Shown: positions 1-14,000 of the stretch, in pieces
Position numbering within the stretch: the stretch's first letter is position 1
Layout of the letters: every line of letters begins with the position of its first letter
From: Hormiphora californensis
Lineage: Eukaryota; Animalia; Ctenophora
Length of the DNA stretch: 64,000 nucleotides
Reading direction: 5' to 3'
NCBI GenBank assembly: GCA_020137815.1
Contig: CM035360.1
Coordinates: 3,038,001 to 3,102,000, forward strand
Notes under the pieces: model-generated
Seen by the model: only the letters and a program-made list of their open reading frames with translations
What the model was told of the DNA's origin: nothing
Databases searched by the model: none
Position numbers and translations under genes: made by a program

Positions 1-56
1 ACTCCAGAATTTAGTACTCATGCCCTGCCCCAAGGTTCTTTTTCGGAAGGCGTTAC

Positions 57-1048
57 CTTGAATTGTATGTTCCTAGGTGCTAGGTCCTCAGGTCGGATGA
101 TTGGGTTATGTGATAAAGCACGTCGAGCATGGATAGCATGTCTTAAATCTTCCTTCACACTTCGTCTACCTTGGTCCCCAGACTGAAAACAGATGGTGTT
201 AGTCAGGGGGGGGGGGTGGGGGTGAGGAGGGGTGTTAGGAGGGGTGTTAGTCAGGGGGAGGGATGGTGAGGAGGGGTGTTAGTCAGGGGGGGGGGGGGGG
301 TGAGGAGGGGTGTTAGTCAGGGGGGGGGGGCTGAGGAGGGGTGTTAGTCAGGGGGGGGGGGTGGTGAGGAGGGGTGTTAGTCAGGGGGGGGGGGGGTAAG
401 GGTGTTAGTCAGGGGGTGAGGAGGGTGTTAGTAAAACTGTGATATCACGTGACACGGTCCACACACTGTAAAGCAGCGGTGTGGGGAAACATGACGTGAA
501 AACACTCGAGTTGTCAGCCATGCTGCTGGGGTACAGGAACCGACCGAATCAGGAAATACTGGTCTCTGATTGGCTGCTAACCAGTCACGTGACCTAAATA
601 ACGAGTACTGATTGGTTGTTTACTTGTGTCGGTCACTTACCACGGCATTGTTTTGATGGGGTGCACTGTGGGGGAACAATCCACTTAACTGAAACAAAAA
701 CAGGGTTAGACAGTAGACACCTTGGATATCTGATATAGTTCTACTGCTCACAACTCATACTTTTTATTTGCACCAACTATAATAATTATCTCGAGTTTCA
801 ACTTCTATATCTCACTCTAAATCCCCCCCCCCCTCAAACCACCTTTTCCCATCCCCCAAAACCACCTTTTCCCACCCCCTAAATAGCACCTTTTGCCGCC
901 GAACAACAGATGGCTTCACCCCTCCTGACGGAATTACGGGAGGGTGGTCTATAAAGACAGGCCTGCCGCTAAGCAGCCTGTTCAGATGGTAATGCAGCAT
1001 TATATCCATGGTCATTGGTCGGCGAGTTGGAAAAGTTTTACTCAGCAA
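57..1048 (-). CDS. Three putative phase-0 exons of an unidentified gene (890-1048, 641-688, 57-182)
   Basis: Each segment has an AG acceptor with a pyrimidine tract and a GT donor, is a multiple of 3 long and is open (LLSKTFPTRR...RRQK / LSGLFPHSAPHQNNAV / SGDQGRRSVKEDLRHAIH...NIQFK). No family recognised. Confidence 0.45.
195..432. repeat. G-rich intronic minisatellite, about 30-bp unit GGTGTTAGTCAG(G)nTGAGGAGG
   Basis: About 8 direct copies with variable G-tracts. Confidence 0.9.
534..634 (+). mobile_element. MITE family A (109-bp CCAAT/E-box element), right end truncated
   Basis: CAGGAACCGACCGAATCAGGAAATACTGG...GTCACGTGAC...TGTGTCGGTC; matches the other copies. Confidence 0.85.
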
Positions 1049-2040
1049 CTACAGAGATGTGTATGGGATATGGACAGGGAGATAACACAAAGATACGTGT
1101 ATGTGATGGATAGGGAGCTGTAGCTGGAGATAGCACACAGAGCAGAATATGAACCAGGGAATATGCGAGGAGGAGGAGGGACAATAAAATCATGTCAACA
1201 ATATTCCCATGTTGTTATATTTAGGCTCTTTGTTAATCATCAACAACGCCCCATCTTGATTAATACAGGGTGATATAGGAGGATATATTAATTAACAAGA
1301 TTGAGATATTATCTCATTTCATTATTGAACAGATTTATTGATGTGGTCAGTCAAAGCAGAGTGAATGTCCCATTTTGGTGAGTCGTATGAGTATGACACT
1401 GTATCCGTGCTCCGGATAAAGTATAAACAATTCAACATTTTTGGCCAATATCACATTATCCCGACCATTAGTTATGGACATCATAATATATCCCCTTCCG
1501 GATAACATGATATTATTGCGTTCTAAAGAACTAAGGAACAAATAGATCAAAGCTGTGCAGATATATATATGCAGGATTCAAAACTTGTAAAATGTGAAGT
1601 GTGAACAAATCGAGTTGGAAGGAAAACAAAAGACTGGAAATAACTCTACGAGAGAATCTTCTTGAAGGAGATCAGCAGCAATTCAGTCGGTTCAACTCAC
1701 ACAAATGAACTGACAAGAGAGTAGAGGATACTGGAGTAGCTGAAGGAGCGATCTAACCGCCACACAACCGCAGAGCAAAGATGAACCGCATTCTAGCGAA
1801 GAACTCTGCAACACAAAAACGATCCATACAGTAGGTGAGGGGGGGGGGGGACAAGTAATTTTCGAATACTATATTTTTACCGACCTTGTTTTTACCCTTA
1901 TCCGATTTTCCGGCCGGTTTCATCTCTCCGAGTCGGTGCGAGGATCAACGTGGAAAGAAAGTATAGAATGATCAACCAAACCACAAACAAATGACAAATA
2001 ATTCCCCTCCTCTCGAAAGGGCTTGTAAGCATTGCACGAT

Positions 2041-2420
<380 letters not shown>

Positions 2421-2769
2421 GGAGGTCACTCTGCAAAATGACATCATCAAGAACTAAGAAGAGACAAGAGGTGGATCAGAGTGAGAGCAGCGGAAGGGTT
2501 AGGCCACGCCAAGCCTGTAGTGTCTAAAGAACCCATCATCAAAAGGTCGGAACTCTCTAAAGACTTTTAGACAACAACTATTTGGGGTGCTTACTTAGTG
2601 ATTACACGTGTGGAGGATAGGAGAGTGAGAGATAAACCCCATGTTCAGGGTTACTGTGTCGGCATCTTGAGCATACATCACACATACATCACACATCGCA
2701 CATGTGATGGTGATTGAGAGGAGACTATAGTGGTCGACAAAAGATAGTGCGAGAAAGCGGGCGAAAGAT

Positions 2770-2838
<69 letters not shown>

Positions 2839-3734
2839 GAGAGAAAGGGAGAGAGAATGAAGATAGATGGTGGGGGAGTAGAGAGAAACAGAACATGCTT
2901 ACGTAAACCCGGATATTAAGAACTATGACTCATAATTCCACAACATAGTAGTGCCATACATGTCGACGAGCAGCTTGTCTAGACTGAGTAGTTCAGCACA
3001 CCCTACTAGTAGACATTGACCAATGGAATAGTTGGGGAATAAGTTCCAAAAGATACCCTTTCTAACTTCAAAACTGCCAGACTGTTGGTGTCAATGAATC
3101 AATTGTGTCAAGTTGTGTGGGTAAAAGCGGCATTTGATCAATGAGGCCTTTCCTAGGCCTAGAACTAGAAACCAAAAAATAGTAGGGCGTTTTAGTAAAT
3201 AGTAGTAATAAAAAGTCCCACGAACTCAAAGAAAAATCAGAAAACTAGAAAAAACAAGCCAAGTGTGATGTGAATTCGATGACTCTATCAAACATCTTAC
3301 CGCGTTTGGTCGATGGTCGTTGAAGATCATAGTGCAGAAATATAAAGTTTAAACAGAAATGAGGACAAATGTTTTCAGATAGTTGAATATTGGACTGATT
3401 CTCACTCCGCCGAGCCTTTTTATATATCCCCTGGGACTGCTGGACTGCCATTGATGGTCTTTCTCTGCTGCTTTCGTCACCACTAGCTGGGGATCACGTG
3501 ACGACCACGTGACGCTACCCGCCTACTACTGCAGCAGCAGCACCACGTGGGAATCCAGTCACGTGATACCTCTCTCTCCAGCTACTGTGTTGAACTGTGC
3601 AGGTTTGCTTGTAACTGTTGTTGTGACGTAGCTCCCTGTTCTGGCTAGACGGACCGTCTCCCTCTCGTCTAGACAGTGAATTATTCCTGTCACATCCTGG
3701 TGCTACATGATCACATGAATAGAAATAGATAGAA

Positions 3735-3758
3735 TAGAGATAGAGAGAACAGAGAGAG

Positions 3759-3855
<97 letters not shown>

Positions 3856-4389
3856 GAGAACAGAGAGAGAGAGAGAGAGAGAACAGAGAGAGAAAGTAGG
3901 TAATTAACTTGATATGCCACTCTGTAGTAGGGGATAGTGGAACGTGTTAAAGTGTGACTCCTCCCTCGCTCTCCTCCCTCTCTCTCTCTCTGTAAATAGT
4001 GCTTCCTAAAATAGATAGAGGAATGAGATATCATGTTTTCTGCACCACCCCACTCTGATGACGTCATTTAGTTGAGCTGCAGCGATCATGTTTTAATTAT
4101 AACTGTGTGCCGGAAACAGCTGCTGTGCATATTAGACCATGACCATATATGGGCATTGGAATGCTGGGAGGAGTTGCCACTATAGGAAGTGGTGGAGTGG
4201 CTAGAAGCACATGCCCCCCATGAGTGAAGTCACCACATAACCACACCCGTTATTGGATGAAGCAGTGGTAACAGGGTGGGGAACCAGGGCCGGGATCTCT
4301 GGAATGTGGAGTTACAGAAATTAATGAATGGGATAGAGAGAGAGGGTGAGAGAGGGTGAGTGAGAGAGTGAGAGAGTGAGAGTGAGAGA

Positions 4390-4432
<43 letters not shown>

Positions 4433-4436
4433 GAGA

Positions 4437-4508
<72 letters not shown>

Positions 4509-4520
4509 GAGAGAGACAGA
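3735..4520. repeat. Two (GA)n-rich tracts (about 3735-3893 and 4334-4520)
   Basis: Direct reading. Confidence 0.9.
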
Positions 4521-6965
4521 GTGGGGTGGGGAACATACCCTCACAAACTGTGATAGCTCAGATGTCTGAAGGTCTTTTCTAGCGTGTCACTTGTGTCTGT
4601 CAACCCCTACAAAATTACAGGTCTCTCCCTATCCAGTCTCTATCCCTCTCTATCTCTCTCTCTCTATCCCTATACCCCTCTCTCTATCGCTCTACCCCTC
4701 TCTTTCTCTTTCCCTTTTCTCTCTTTCTCTCTTACCCACCATCTCTCTCTCTCTCTCTATTATTATACCTCTTCCTCTCTCCTTTTCTCTAAAAGTATCA
4801 CAGTACTACTGCACTGAGTGATCTGGTTTCCAAGGGAGGAGCCGTCTGACAAGAGGATGACCAAACCGGAACAAAGTGTTCCTGCTGCACCACACCCATC
4901 ACTTACCCCCCTGATTCAACACACCAGGTCACCCTAAGTGATATCTCTATCACTCTTTCTGTCTCTCTATATCTTTCTGTCTACCTCTATCTCTTTACTT
5001 TCAAAGTCTCACTCAGTATCTTACCCCCTCTCTCTCTGAAGAGTGGGCGCTCCCCGTCTGATACGGGGTCCGGGCGGAGACGACTGGATCAAGAGAACTG
5101 TCCAAGGGTGCGGGGGAGGGGACACGGCTAGCACATGCGCCTGGAGGAGGGGAGACAGGGGACTCAGGGAGGAGACAGGAGTGAAGATCATGGCTCATGT
5201 GTGGGGGAGGGGGATGCAGGAGCGAGGACCATGGCTCAAGAGGAGGAGACAGGAGGATCCTCCTGTCTCGTCCTCTCTCCTCGAGGAGGATCATGTCGCC
5301 ATGTGGTACGGGTTGACTCTCACCAAGCTGCACAGCACATTATGCAGTCACACACAGCTACCAGACATCTCACAGGGAGACTCCCAGACCCTCTACAAGT
5401 CTCTCAGCAACTAATTCTGATCCCAGCTGGGTCCGTCCTATTTTATTTCTATTTTATCGACACCGGGCGATAGACTTTGTATGAAAGGGGGGGGGGCTGT
5501 ATTAGCGTAAATTTGTCAGATACCCTTGCTCACTTTTGTAGCCATCTAGTAGAGCGATTACCGCAGCCTTAGAAATAAAGATTTTGTGTCATCAGGGATC
5601 CAGAATTAGACAAAAAATTAGACTTGATCTAAGAATCCTAGTCTGCACTTTGGTTAGAGGTGGGTCAGTCTATTATTGAAAGTCAAATTGGGGTGGGAAC
5701 ATGTTTCAGCCACAAATCGATCAGATCAATTGAGGAGGGTGCGCCCTCAGATAACCATATTACGCCCATTAGCACCTTTCTAGGTGTAAATAAAGAAGCT
5801 GAGGGACCTCCTCTTTATCTTCTCTCTATCTCCTCTCTATCTCGTTCAGGGGATGAGTCTGTGCAGTATTATATTGGATTGATGGTCCCCACACTTCATA
5901 CCTGTACTTCTGATATTGCCCCACCCAACTTGGAGCCGTCCTGGGAATTACAGTAGTCAGGGGAACCGTTTAGAACAAGACCTCGAGGAAGAATTATAGT
6001 GATACAGACCATTCCAAGTTTCAAGGAATAATCAGACCGTTCAGAGTTTATTAGGAGACATACAGTGGTGATCGGAGCTAGGGTGTGCTCTAGTGATAAG
6101 GATACTAATTCTTACAAATTCGGCTGGTACGCCTTGCATAAATTGCATTTATTAGAAGCGACATTTTGAAGTGAGAAGAAGGCGGAGAAAAGAGACAAGG
6201 TCCCCTCTCCTGTCGCTAATGCAGACCGATAAGAGAGAGAGAGCTGATTACAATTTACAGTTGGCTGCAGGTGATCCTTCCTCCCCGCAGGAACCTAGAA
6301 TTCGGAGAATTGACAGAGAGAGATTAAACTCCTGCATACGTTAGGAGTGTCAATTCCAGGGCAACATGGCTAGTATTCAAATTAAAATTGAGAGATAAGG
6401 CGAATTGGTCCGGGAGAACCGAGCAGGACTTTAATCTGGAAACGGTTTCAGGACTAATTCATTGCAAGGGTGAAGGGTGATAGGTAGGGAAAACGGGACA
6501 AGGGGACATAAGGGCATCCTTATCTAGGTGATCAGGGCAGGTACGTGACGCTTCTGGATTTGCAAGATTCATAGATTGAAGGCGCCACAAGAGAATAACG
6601 AATCTATAGGGTTGTTTGGAAAGGAGAGGTTGGGCCAGTGACAGTGACTCAAAATAGAAATCAGGATCGATCATGTAAATAGCATACATGAAACAATAGA
6701 AAAAGATGGGCAGTATACTAGTAAGAATGCTTCACTACAAGTACTGAGCTGTTTTACCTTTACGATATTCGACCTAGAAAACTTCATTTGTGGCCCGTTG
6801 GGGTATGATATGCCTAATTTAAAAACCTAAAACTATGAAAGTGTTAGCAATGTCTTGTAGCAACAAGATGAAGAGCAAGTTGAGCAAAATGAGGTCACAA
6901 CTTGTTACTGCTCTTTCTGGAGAGAGAGAGAGACAATAGTGATCATGTGATGAATCAACTACAAA

Positions 6966-7432
6966 TCTCTCTATCTCGTCCCTAACACAACTCTCTCTAT
7001 CTCGTCCCTAACACAACTCTCTCTATCTCGTCCCTAACACAACTCTCTCTCTATCTCGTCCCTAACACAATTCTCTCTCTATCTCGTCCCTAACACAACT
7101 CTCTCTCGTCCCTAACACAACTCTCTCTCGTCCCTAACACAACTCTCTCTCGTCCCTAACACAACTCTATCTCCCCCCTAACACAACTCTCTCACGTCCC
7201 TAACACAACTCTCTCTCGTCCCTAACACAACTCTATCTCCCCCCTAACACAACTCTCTCTCGTCCCTAACACAACTCTCTATCTCGTCCCTAACACAACT
7301 CTCTCTCGTCCCTAACACTACTCTCTCTCTCGTCCCTAACACAACTCTCTCTCACGTTCCTAACACAACTCTCTCTCTCTCTCTCTCTCTCGTCCCTAAC
7401 ACAACTCTCTATCTCGTCCCTAACACAACTCT
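6966..7432. repeat. Minisatellite, 22-27 bp unit (CT)nCGTCCCTAACACAA, about 19 copies
   Basis: Direct tandem copies; unit length varies with the CT tract. Confidence 0.95.
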
Positions 7433-8448
7433 TCTAATCTGCATCCTTACATTCCAGAAGTAGTCCAAACAGAGAGCAGCCTCAACGGATACAATCTGAG
7501 GAGTTGGGAGAGTCCACTCGCACGATGCAGGAGCAGCGGCTCTAATCCCAGATCTTCCACCAACAACATGGTGGCTGTGGGGGAGACAGTTGCTGTGGGG
7601 GAGATATTGTTCCGGCCTTTGCATGCATGCTCCACCGAACATTTCCGGGCACAAAGATGACGAAGTTGATACTTGTTTTTTAAAACGAGAATTGTGCCTA
7701 CTGTAGAGAGAGCAATGGAGAGAGATCTGAATAATGACTGCATTTGTGCGAGTTTTTAAAGCACATGAGGAGAGAGATAGAGTGACCATCTGGTGTGAGC
7801 GTCCTCATGAAAAGACTAGTAATGAATTGATTGGACCAGTTTTGTAGATGACACAAACAGTTGTTGCGAGAGAAATTTAGATATGGAGAGATAGCAGGAG
7901 GGAGATAGGAGGGAGATATGGAGAGTGATATGGCGAGAGATATGGCGAGATATCAGGAGGGAGATAGATATGGAGAGGGAAAGTGAGGGAGACACAAATG
8001 ACACGATTACCCAGAATTGAATGTCTGCCATCATTGCGATAAGATATGTGACGAATATTATATCAACAACAAGGCTGCATCTAGATTAAAACTCCAACAT
8101 CCTCCTGTCCTCCCTTTTAACATGCCAAGATTAAAGCGATAGGATGACAAATATCAGTCTATAACTCCACCAAACTCGTAATGCTATCTAAGCAACTCTA
8201 TATCAAGGCCTGCAGTTTGTGGTGATATGAACACGTACCTGCATTACCATGGTAGCCATAACAAATATCAGATGCAGAGAAATATGCAGAGGTGCAATGC
8301 AAAATCGGGGAAAAACCGTCTTATGGGTTTGGTAATTTGTGGCAGCTTTTGAAGGGTCCTGTTCCCGGGGTATCCCTGCATATAAGTTGATAATTCGTAG
8401 TAACCTAGTTAACCCATCCTCTCTCTCCCCCACTCTCTCTCTCTCTCT

Positions 8449-8522
<74 letters not shown>

Positions 8523-9473
8523 TCTCTGATGTAGCGATAAAACTAGCGATTATCGCCCATCAACCCGAGACCCCATGCCAGATTGGGTGAAAATTGGCCT
8601 TTCAGAATGAGGGTACAAAGAAAAAGAAGAGGGCTCGAGACAATATGGGGGCGCGAGAAAGAGAATGAATGAGAAAACGAGAGAGAAAATGAATGAGAAA
8701 ACGAGAGAGAGAAAATGAATGAGAAAACGAGAGAGAGAGAGAGAGAGAGAGGGATTAGAAAATAATATTGAAGATGGATAATGTATGCAGCTGGGTTATT
8801 AGTATAGGGCTCCTCCCGCTGCAAAGAAGTAAAAACTGATAATCATTCTCCGGGGAGCATTATCTGTTTAAAATATAAGTTTTTACCATTTCTCTTTTCC
8901 CCCTCTTTTTTCATACCCTCTCCTCCTCCTTCCATACCCTATCTCCTTTTCTCTCCCTACCCATCTCTCTCTCCCTATTTTCATACCTATCATATGGATG
9001 TGTTGTTGCTGGTGAGATAGCAGCGGTGCTTCGATCATTCCTCGCATACCTCCACCTGCCAGCATACCTCAACAGAAACACAGAGAGATGGAGCTGCTCA
9101 CAGAGAGAGAGCTGCCCTCTCCTGAGTCCTACTGCACAGTTTATAGAGTTCCACGGGATCATCCAAAACAAGAGAGAGAGGCAGCTCTAGGAGGGCGTCA
9201 TGAGGCTATAAGAAATGCGGGGATATTTTAGAGGAGGGTGTGATTGTTATCATTGATATTATATATAACTTATCAAAAGTATAATCTGAGTAGCCGGGCT
9301 GCTTCAATTGAGGAATCTGCCAATAACACCAAACAATACCGGCCGATCAGAGAGACTCAATATACACAACAAGAGATACCCGTGTCTACTGCCTTCTCCG
9401 GTAGTCTTTCAAAGACAGGGGGAAGCGGATTATCGGGGTTTCATTAGGCAGAATTAGGGATCAGGGGGGGGCA

Positions 9474-9556
9474 TTGGTATCCAAGACACCTCACACTCAG
9501 CCGGCTTCGCCGGCGCGCTTCGCGCGCCGGCAAGGGAGGGGTAACTTCGTTACCAA
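9474..9556 (+). mobile_element. MITE family B with 9-bp TSD
   Basis: Imperfect TIR TTGGTATCCAAG...CTTCGTTACCAA flanked by the direct repeat GGGGGGGCA; internal GC-rich hairpins. Confidence 0.8.
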
Positions 9557-9644
9557 GGGGGGGCATGTACGAAAACACAGATATCTTGAAAAGGGGGGCT
9601 ACAAAACTAAAACATAAAACTCTTTAAAAACAGTCCTGCAGCAT

Positions 9645-10823
9645 CTACTCGGCTGGTTCCTTCCTTCCCTTTAAGAGACTATCCAGTAACTGGTTAATCC
9701 TGGGGACCATCCTTCTTGGATCGTGAACCAGATTAGCATTAATTAGCGCATTATCAAACAACTGAGCAGCTACCAGACCCGCAATATCAGGACTACCCTC
9801 CCTCAACTCACTCAGTTCCCGGATGATAGGGTGGGATGGGTTTAGTTCCAGTGTCACGTTATCGTGTAACAAATACTTGTAACTTGCCTCTTTCTGCTCC
9901 GGTGGCGCCATATCCAGGTAATGCCGGAGGGTTGTCAGATTTTTAACACTCACCACAGCCGGTTGGGAGTGCTGACGATCAGTGATTTTCACCTCTTTCA
10001 CCGTTTCCCTCCCCAGAACATCTCTCATCCAGGTGGCGAGATCTTTACCGTCCTGATCTGATAGCTGGTCCTCTGTGGATGTGCTGTCTCGGGATTTGGT
10101 GGTGGGGAGATTAGCGTTCTCCGCACTGCAGATCTTCTTATCTTTGTAGGACTCCAATCTGTAATAAAGTACATTTTATATGATAGATGCGCAAAACAAT
10201 TCCGTGCAAGACTTTGGGGGGGTGAACAGTTGAGCCAGTTGAACCGGGGCAAACCTATTCGAGATTAGTTTGTTTATTTGAGTCAATAAATATTGTCATG
10301 TTGTGCACTTCTTTCTTTGCACAGATTGGATCCCCAGAAAGGTCTAAACCAGGAACCGACCGAATCAGGAAATACTGCTCCCTGATTGGCTGATAACCAG
10401 TCACGTGACCTATATAACGAGTTCTGATTGGTTGTTTACTTGTGTCGGTCGGTTCCTGGTGGAGAAGATGGGTTTATCTCCCCCTTCCGTTAGGAACAAT
10501 TGCTGGTAAATTGTTGTTGACTCAACAACCATGCACTGTGGAATAGTCTACGACATAGTGTATGTCAGAGCGCCAGACAACATTCTTATGTGTCATTTTG
10601 GAAAGTTCTAGACACACAAAGGCAAACAAATGAATTCTAGAATTTCCATACGGTGCAGCTGTCTAACGATTGTTCGGTATTCAGAGAATTTTCTAGATCT
10701 ACTTTTCACCTATAATAAATGATCATAAATTCAGATGATACTAAAATTAACGGCCTTTAAATGATTGTGACCGAAGTTTCTAGAAAGAAAATAAATATCT
10801 GTCACAGTGAGCGAGAGAGAGAG

Positions 10824-10916
<93 letters not shown>

Positions 10917-10919
10917 TGA

Positions 10920-11004
<85 letters not shown>

Positions 11005-14000
11005 ACTACCTGAACATTGCAACATCATCTTCTTTGTTGAAAGTTAGGAGAACCTCGTAACCCGCATCACTGAGCGATTCATAGTAGGGAGATGAAAGGG
11101 CAACTTCCCTGCTCGGGGCACACAGGTAGTACACCTAGGGAGGGGGGTTTTAGTGGTTACTAAGGATGTTACTAGTGGTTACCAGGGGGGGTTATTGGTG
11201 GTTACCAGGGAGGTTAGTAGTGGTTACTAAGGATGTTACTAGTGGTTACCAGGGAGGTTACTGGTGGTTACTAGGGAGGTTACTGGTGGTTACCAGGGAG
11301 GTTACTAGGGTGGTTACCAGGGAGGTTACTAGTGGTTACCAGGGAGCTTACTCGGGTGGTTACCAGGGAGGTTACTGGTGGTTACCAGGGAGGTTACTCG
11401 GGTGGTCATTAGTTGTTACTAGGGAGGTTACTATACTCCCCCTCCTATAGAACTGGCGGTGAGAGAAAGGAGAATCATACGTTATTTTTCTTTCTCTCAC
11501 CGCCAGTTCAAAAGAACGGGGAGTTTAGGGGGGTTGCTAAGGGGGGTTACCAGAGAGGGTAGCCCCCCCCCCCCGGAGGTTACCAAAGAAAGTAATATAA
11601 ACCTGTTTCTGGTCCTCCTTGGCACGTTCAATATACTGATCTAGAGATACCAACACACCACTCTCCTCTGCAGTAGACTCAAACCGCAGCAGTTTAGCCA
11701 GGTCCTCCCTCTCGGTTGTAGACTCAGTGGTTACCATGCCAATACGGATAAACCGGCCAAACTCCCGGTAAAACTTTTCAAACTTTACGGGGTCTCTCTT
11801 GCTCTGAAACAGTGATTTGATTAGGTCTGATTATGGGGTCTCTCTTGCTCTGAAACAATACATGATCAGCTCTGATTAGCTAAAGTTTGTTTGTTTGTTT
11901 GTACTTGCTGCGTCTGGCGAGTGACCTGCCCGAAAGTAGCGGCGGCCGCACCGAGCACGCTTATTAGGCGCCCCAGCACGTCCACCACTCCGCCGTAGCA
12001 ATGCCACCCACCAATCAGTTTATGCAGAGCATGTTACTTCAGACGCTCCAGGAAGACCGTGGTCAACCACTGGCGACGCCGAGCGGCGTGAGCCGCACGG
12101 CGTCGACAGGGGTATCACACTACTCCTGGCCTAAATCAATTCCTAAGGGTGATATTAAGCTGGAGCAGGTAACGTTTTGCCTTTGAGAGTGTCTTGAGTT
12201 AAATTTGGTCTGGAACAAGGTAACGTTTTGCCGTTGAGAGTGTCTTGATTTGAGTTTGGTCTGGAACAAGGTAACGGTATCCCTTGGAGAGATTCTTGTG
12301 TTTGGTTTAGTCTGGATCACGGTAACGATTTGCCTTTGAGAGTGGCTTGAGTATAGTTTGGTCTGGAGCAAGGTAACGTTTTGCCTTTGAGAGTGTCTTG
12401 AGTTGAGTTTGTTCTGCAACAATGTAGCAAGTCTTGGACTTGGTCTGGATCAAGGTAACGTTTTCCATTGTGAGTACGGTCTGTCAACAGCGCTAGCTAA
12501 ATATACTAAGAATACGATTTTAATCTCGCAATGGCAACGTTCATGTTTTGGATACAACTGTACATAACAACGGACTGACAAACTTACGACCTTGATGGAT
12601 GTGATGTGTACCGTGACGTGTTGTTGATGAGATGTGAAGTGTGTCAATTTCCAGTAGAGACAAAGATAAACGAAAACGATCAAACACAAATAAGGGGTAG
12701 GACAGATTGTAGGGCTAATGGAATGTAAGATGTTCTAGAAGACAAGTCGGGTGGGACAGATAAGAACATTTGTTAATTGTTACACGCGATAAGCGACTTA
12801 GTGCACCAAAACACAAGGATTGTCTCTGTAGTGGCGTGTTTCACAAAGTCCTCTACTTTGGGACGGGCCAGGGTGGGGGAGGTGGGCGGGGTGGAGGGGT
12901 GGATGGTGGCTAGTACAAGAAAACGAGCAGGTATTGAGTGCGTCAGAGATCAGATATTAGAGGTACTGTGTTGAAAGATACAGAAAAGGAGCACCATTTG
13001 ACAGAATGACTGAACTAGGCGACACGGTTGTGAAGTGATAGATTTAGGATTAAAGAGAGACTTAGACGGGTGTATGTCAGTGTAACAGAGCATTCAAAAT
13101 GAAACAAGAAAACGAGCAGGTATTGAGTGCGTCAGAGATCAGATATTAGAGGTACTGTGTTGAAAGATACAGAAAAGGAGCACCATTTGACAGAATGACT
13201 GAACCAAACTAGGCGACACGGTTGTGAAGTGATAGATTTAGGATTAAAGAGAGACTTAGACGGGTGTATGTCAGTGTAACAGAGCATTCAAAATGAAACA
13301 AGAAAACGAGCAGGTATTGAGTGCGTCAGAGATCAGATATTAGAGGTACTGTGTTGAAAGATACAGAAAAGGAGCACCATTTGACAGAATGACTGAACTA
13401 GGCGACACGGTTGTGAAGTGATAGATTTAGGATTAAAGAGAGACTTAGACGGGTGTATGTCAGTGTAACAGAGCATTCAAAATGAAACAAACATGAAACT
13501 GCAAATGTATGAACTGTTTGTCTTAGCTAAAGTATTTGCCTGGCAGCTGGCTAGACTGTCTTTCAAAGGGTTTGAACAAAACAACTAAAGTATACAACAG
13601 CTAGGATTGTGGACCCTGGGGCCTTGACTTGACGGTTCCTAAATCACAATGTGACTTGTTAAAGTACAACAGTATGGACAGTGTGACGGGAGTGTGTTTA
13701 CAAGAAAACGAGCAGGTATTGAGTGCGTCAGAGATCAGATATTAGAGGTACTGTGTTGAAAGATACAGAAAAGGAGCACCATTTGACAGAATGACTGAAC
13801 CAAACTAGGGGATTGGGGTAGGGCTTAAAGAAAACGACGAGGTATCAGGTGTAAAGGCCTTTCGGCTAAAATGCCATCTTCAGTACATCCTACAACATAG
13901 AGAGTTAATACAACAGGTCACAAAACACTGCCACACACACACACACACAGACCACCAAGAGAATCGCCCTGAATCTTCTCCTCTTTCGTTGGTCTCCACT

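Noticed and set aside
6966-7432. Regularly repeated units resembling a CRISPR array (also 12160-12480 and 37500-38300)
   Set aside because: No unique spacers, no cas genes, and a eukaryotic context; these are ordinary minisatellites.
4800-9250. Scattered ORFs and a possible exon at 7451-7700 (-)
   Set aside because: No recognisable domains or consistent exon chain; cannot be supported without RNA data.
12120-12422. ORF with 17-aa repeats
   Set aside because: A consequence of the 51-bp tandem repeat; no ATG start or splice support.
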